A stretch of 64,000 bases of DNA, from assembly GCF_000143415.4 (NCBI RefSeq), contig NW_003314268.1, forward strand, positions 511,117 through 575,116, given 5' to 3'. The stretch comes from Selaginella moellendorffii. Lineage: Eukaryota > Plantae > Lycopodiophyta. Both the position numbers and the translations under genes were made by a program. This document shows, piece after piece, positions 63,911-64,000 of the stretch. The first letter of the stretch is position 1, and the number at the start of each line of letters is the position of its first letter. Below the pieces are notes generated by a model, which saw only the letters and a program-made list of their open reading frames with translations, had not been told where the DNA came from and ran no database searches.

Positions 63911-64000
63911 TGTAAGTGATTAAATTTTCTATTTTACTTTAGTCACCTAACCACACCTTCGACCACTTGGAGGAGTTTCACTCACAACTTCCATAAGTCT
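63911..64000. mobile_element. Start of another family B LTR (runs off window)
   Basis: TGTAAGTGATT..TTTTACTTTAGTCACCTAACCACAC matches the LTR starts at 22466 and 28047. Confidence 0.8.

Overview
Eukaryotic plant DNA. The very short (~45-70 nt) GT-AG introns, tight gene packing and PPR style suggest a lycophyte such as Selaginella (inference). Bases 1-13 kb are gene-rich: a GT61 glycosyltransferase, an HNH-like CxxC protein, an AT-rich orphan ORF, Lhcb3, an AhpC/TSA thioredoxin-like gene, a PLS-type PPR gene and IMP1. Bases 14-30 kb are nested LTR retroelements: non-coding family A, degenerate family B and a chromovirus remnant. Bases 30.7-62.6 kb are a head-to-tail array of a ~12 kb TIR DNA transposon (two full copies and one stub, separated by an apparently identical 646-bp spacer). 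The element encodes a Sola/DUF7869-like DD(D/E) transposase. Divergently, it carries a large spliced cargo gene with a ParB/Srx-like domain, a degenerate beta-class DNA amino-methyltransferase-like fold, an acidic tract and an FCP1/NIF-like HAD phosphatase domain. About 20 copies per element of a 22-bp palindrome (ATGGCRTG-N6-CAYGCCAT) lie in its introns, intergenic DNA and coding sequence. The best candidate novel system is this transposon-borne ParB-like protein plus parS-like palindromes, possibly a self-recognition or anti-silencing module. All domain calls are by eye; no searches were run.
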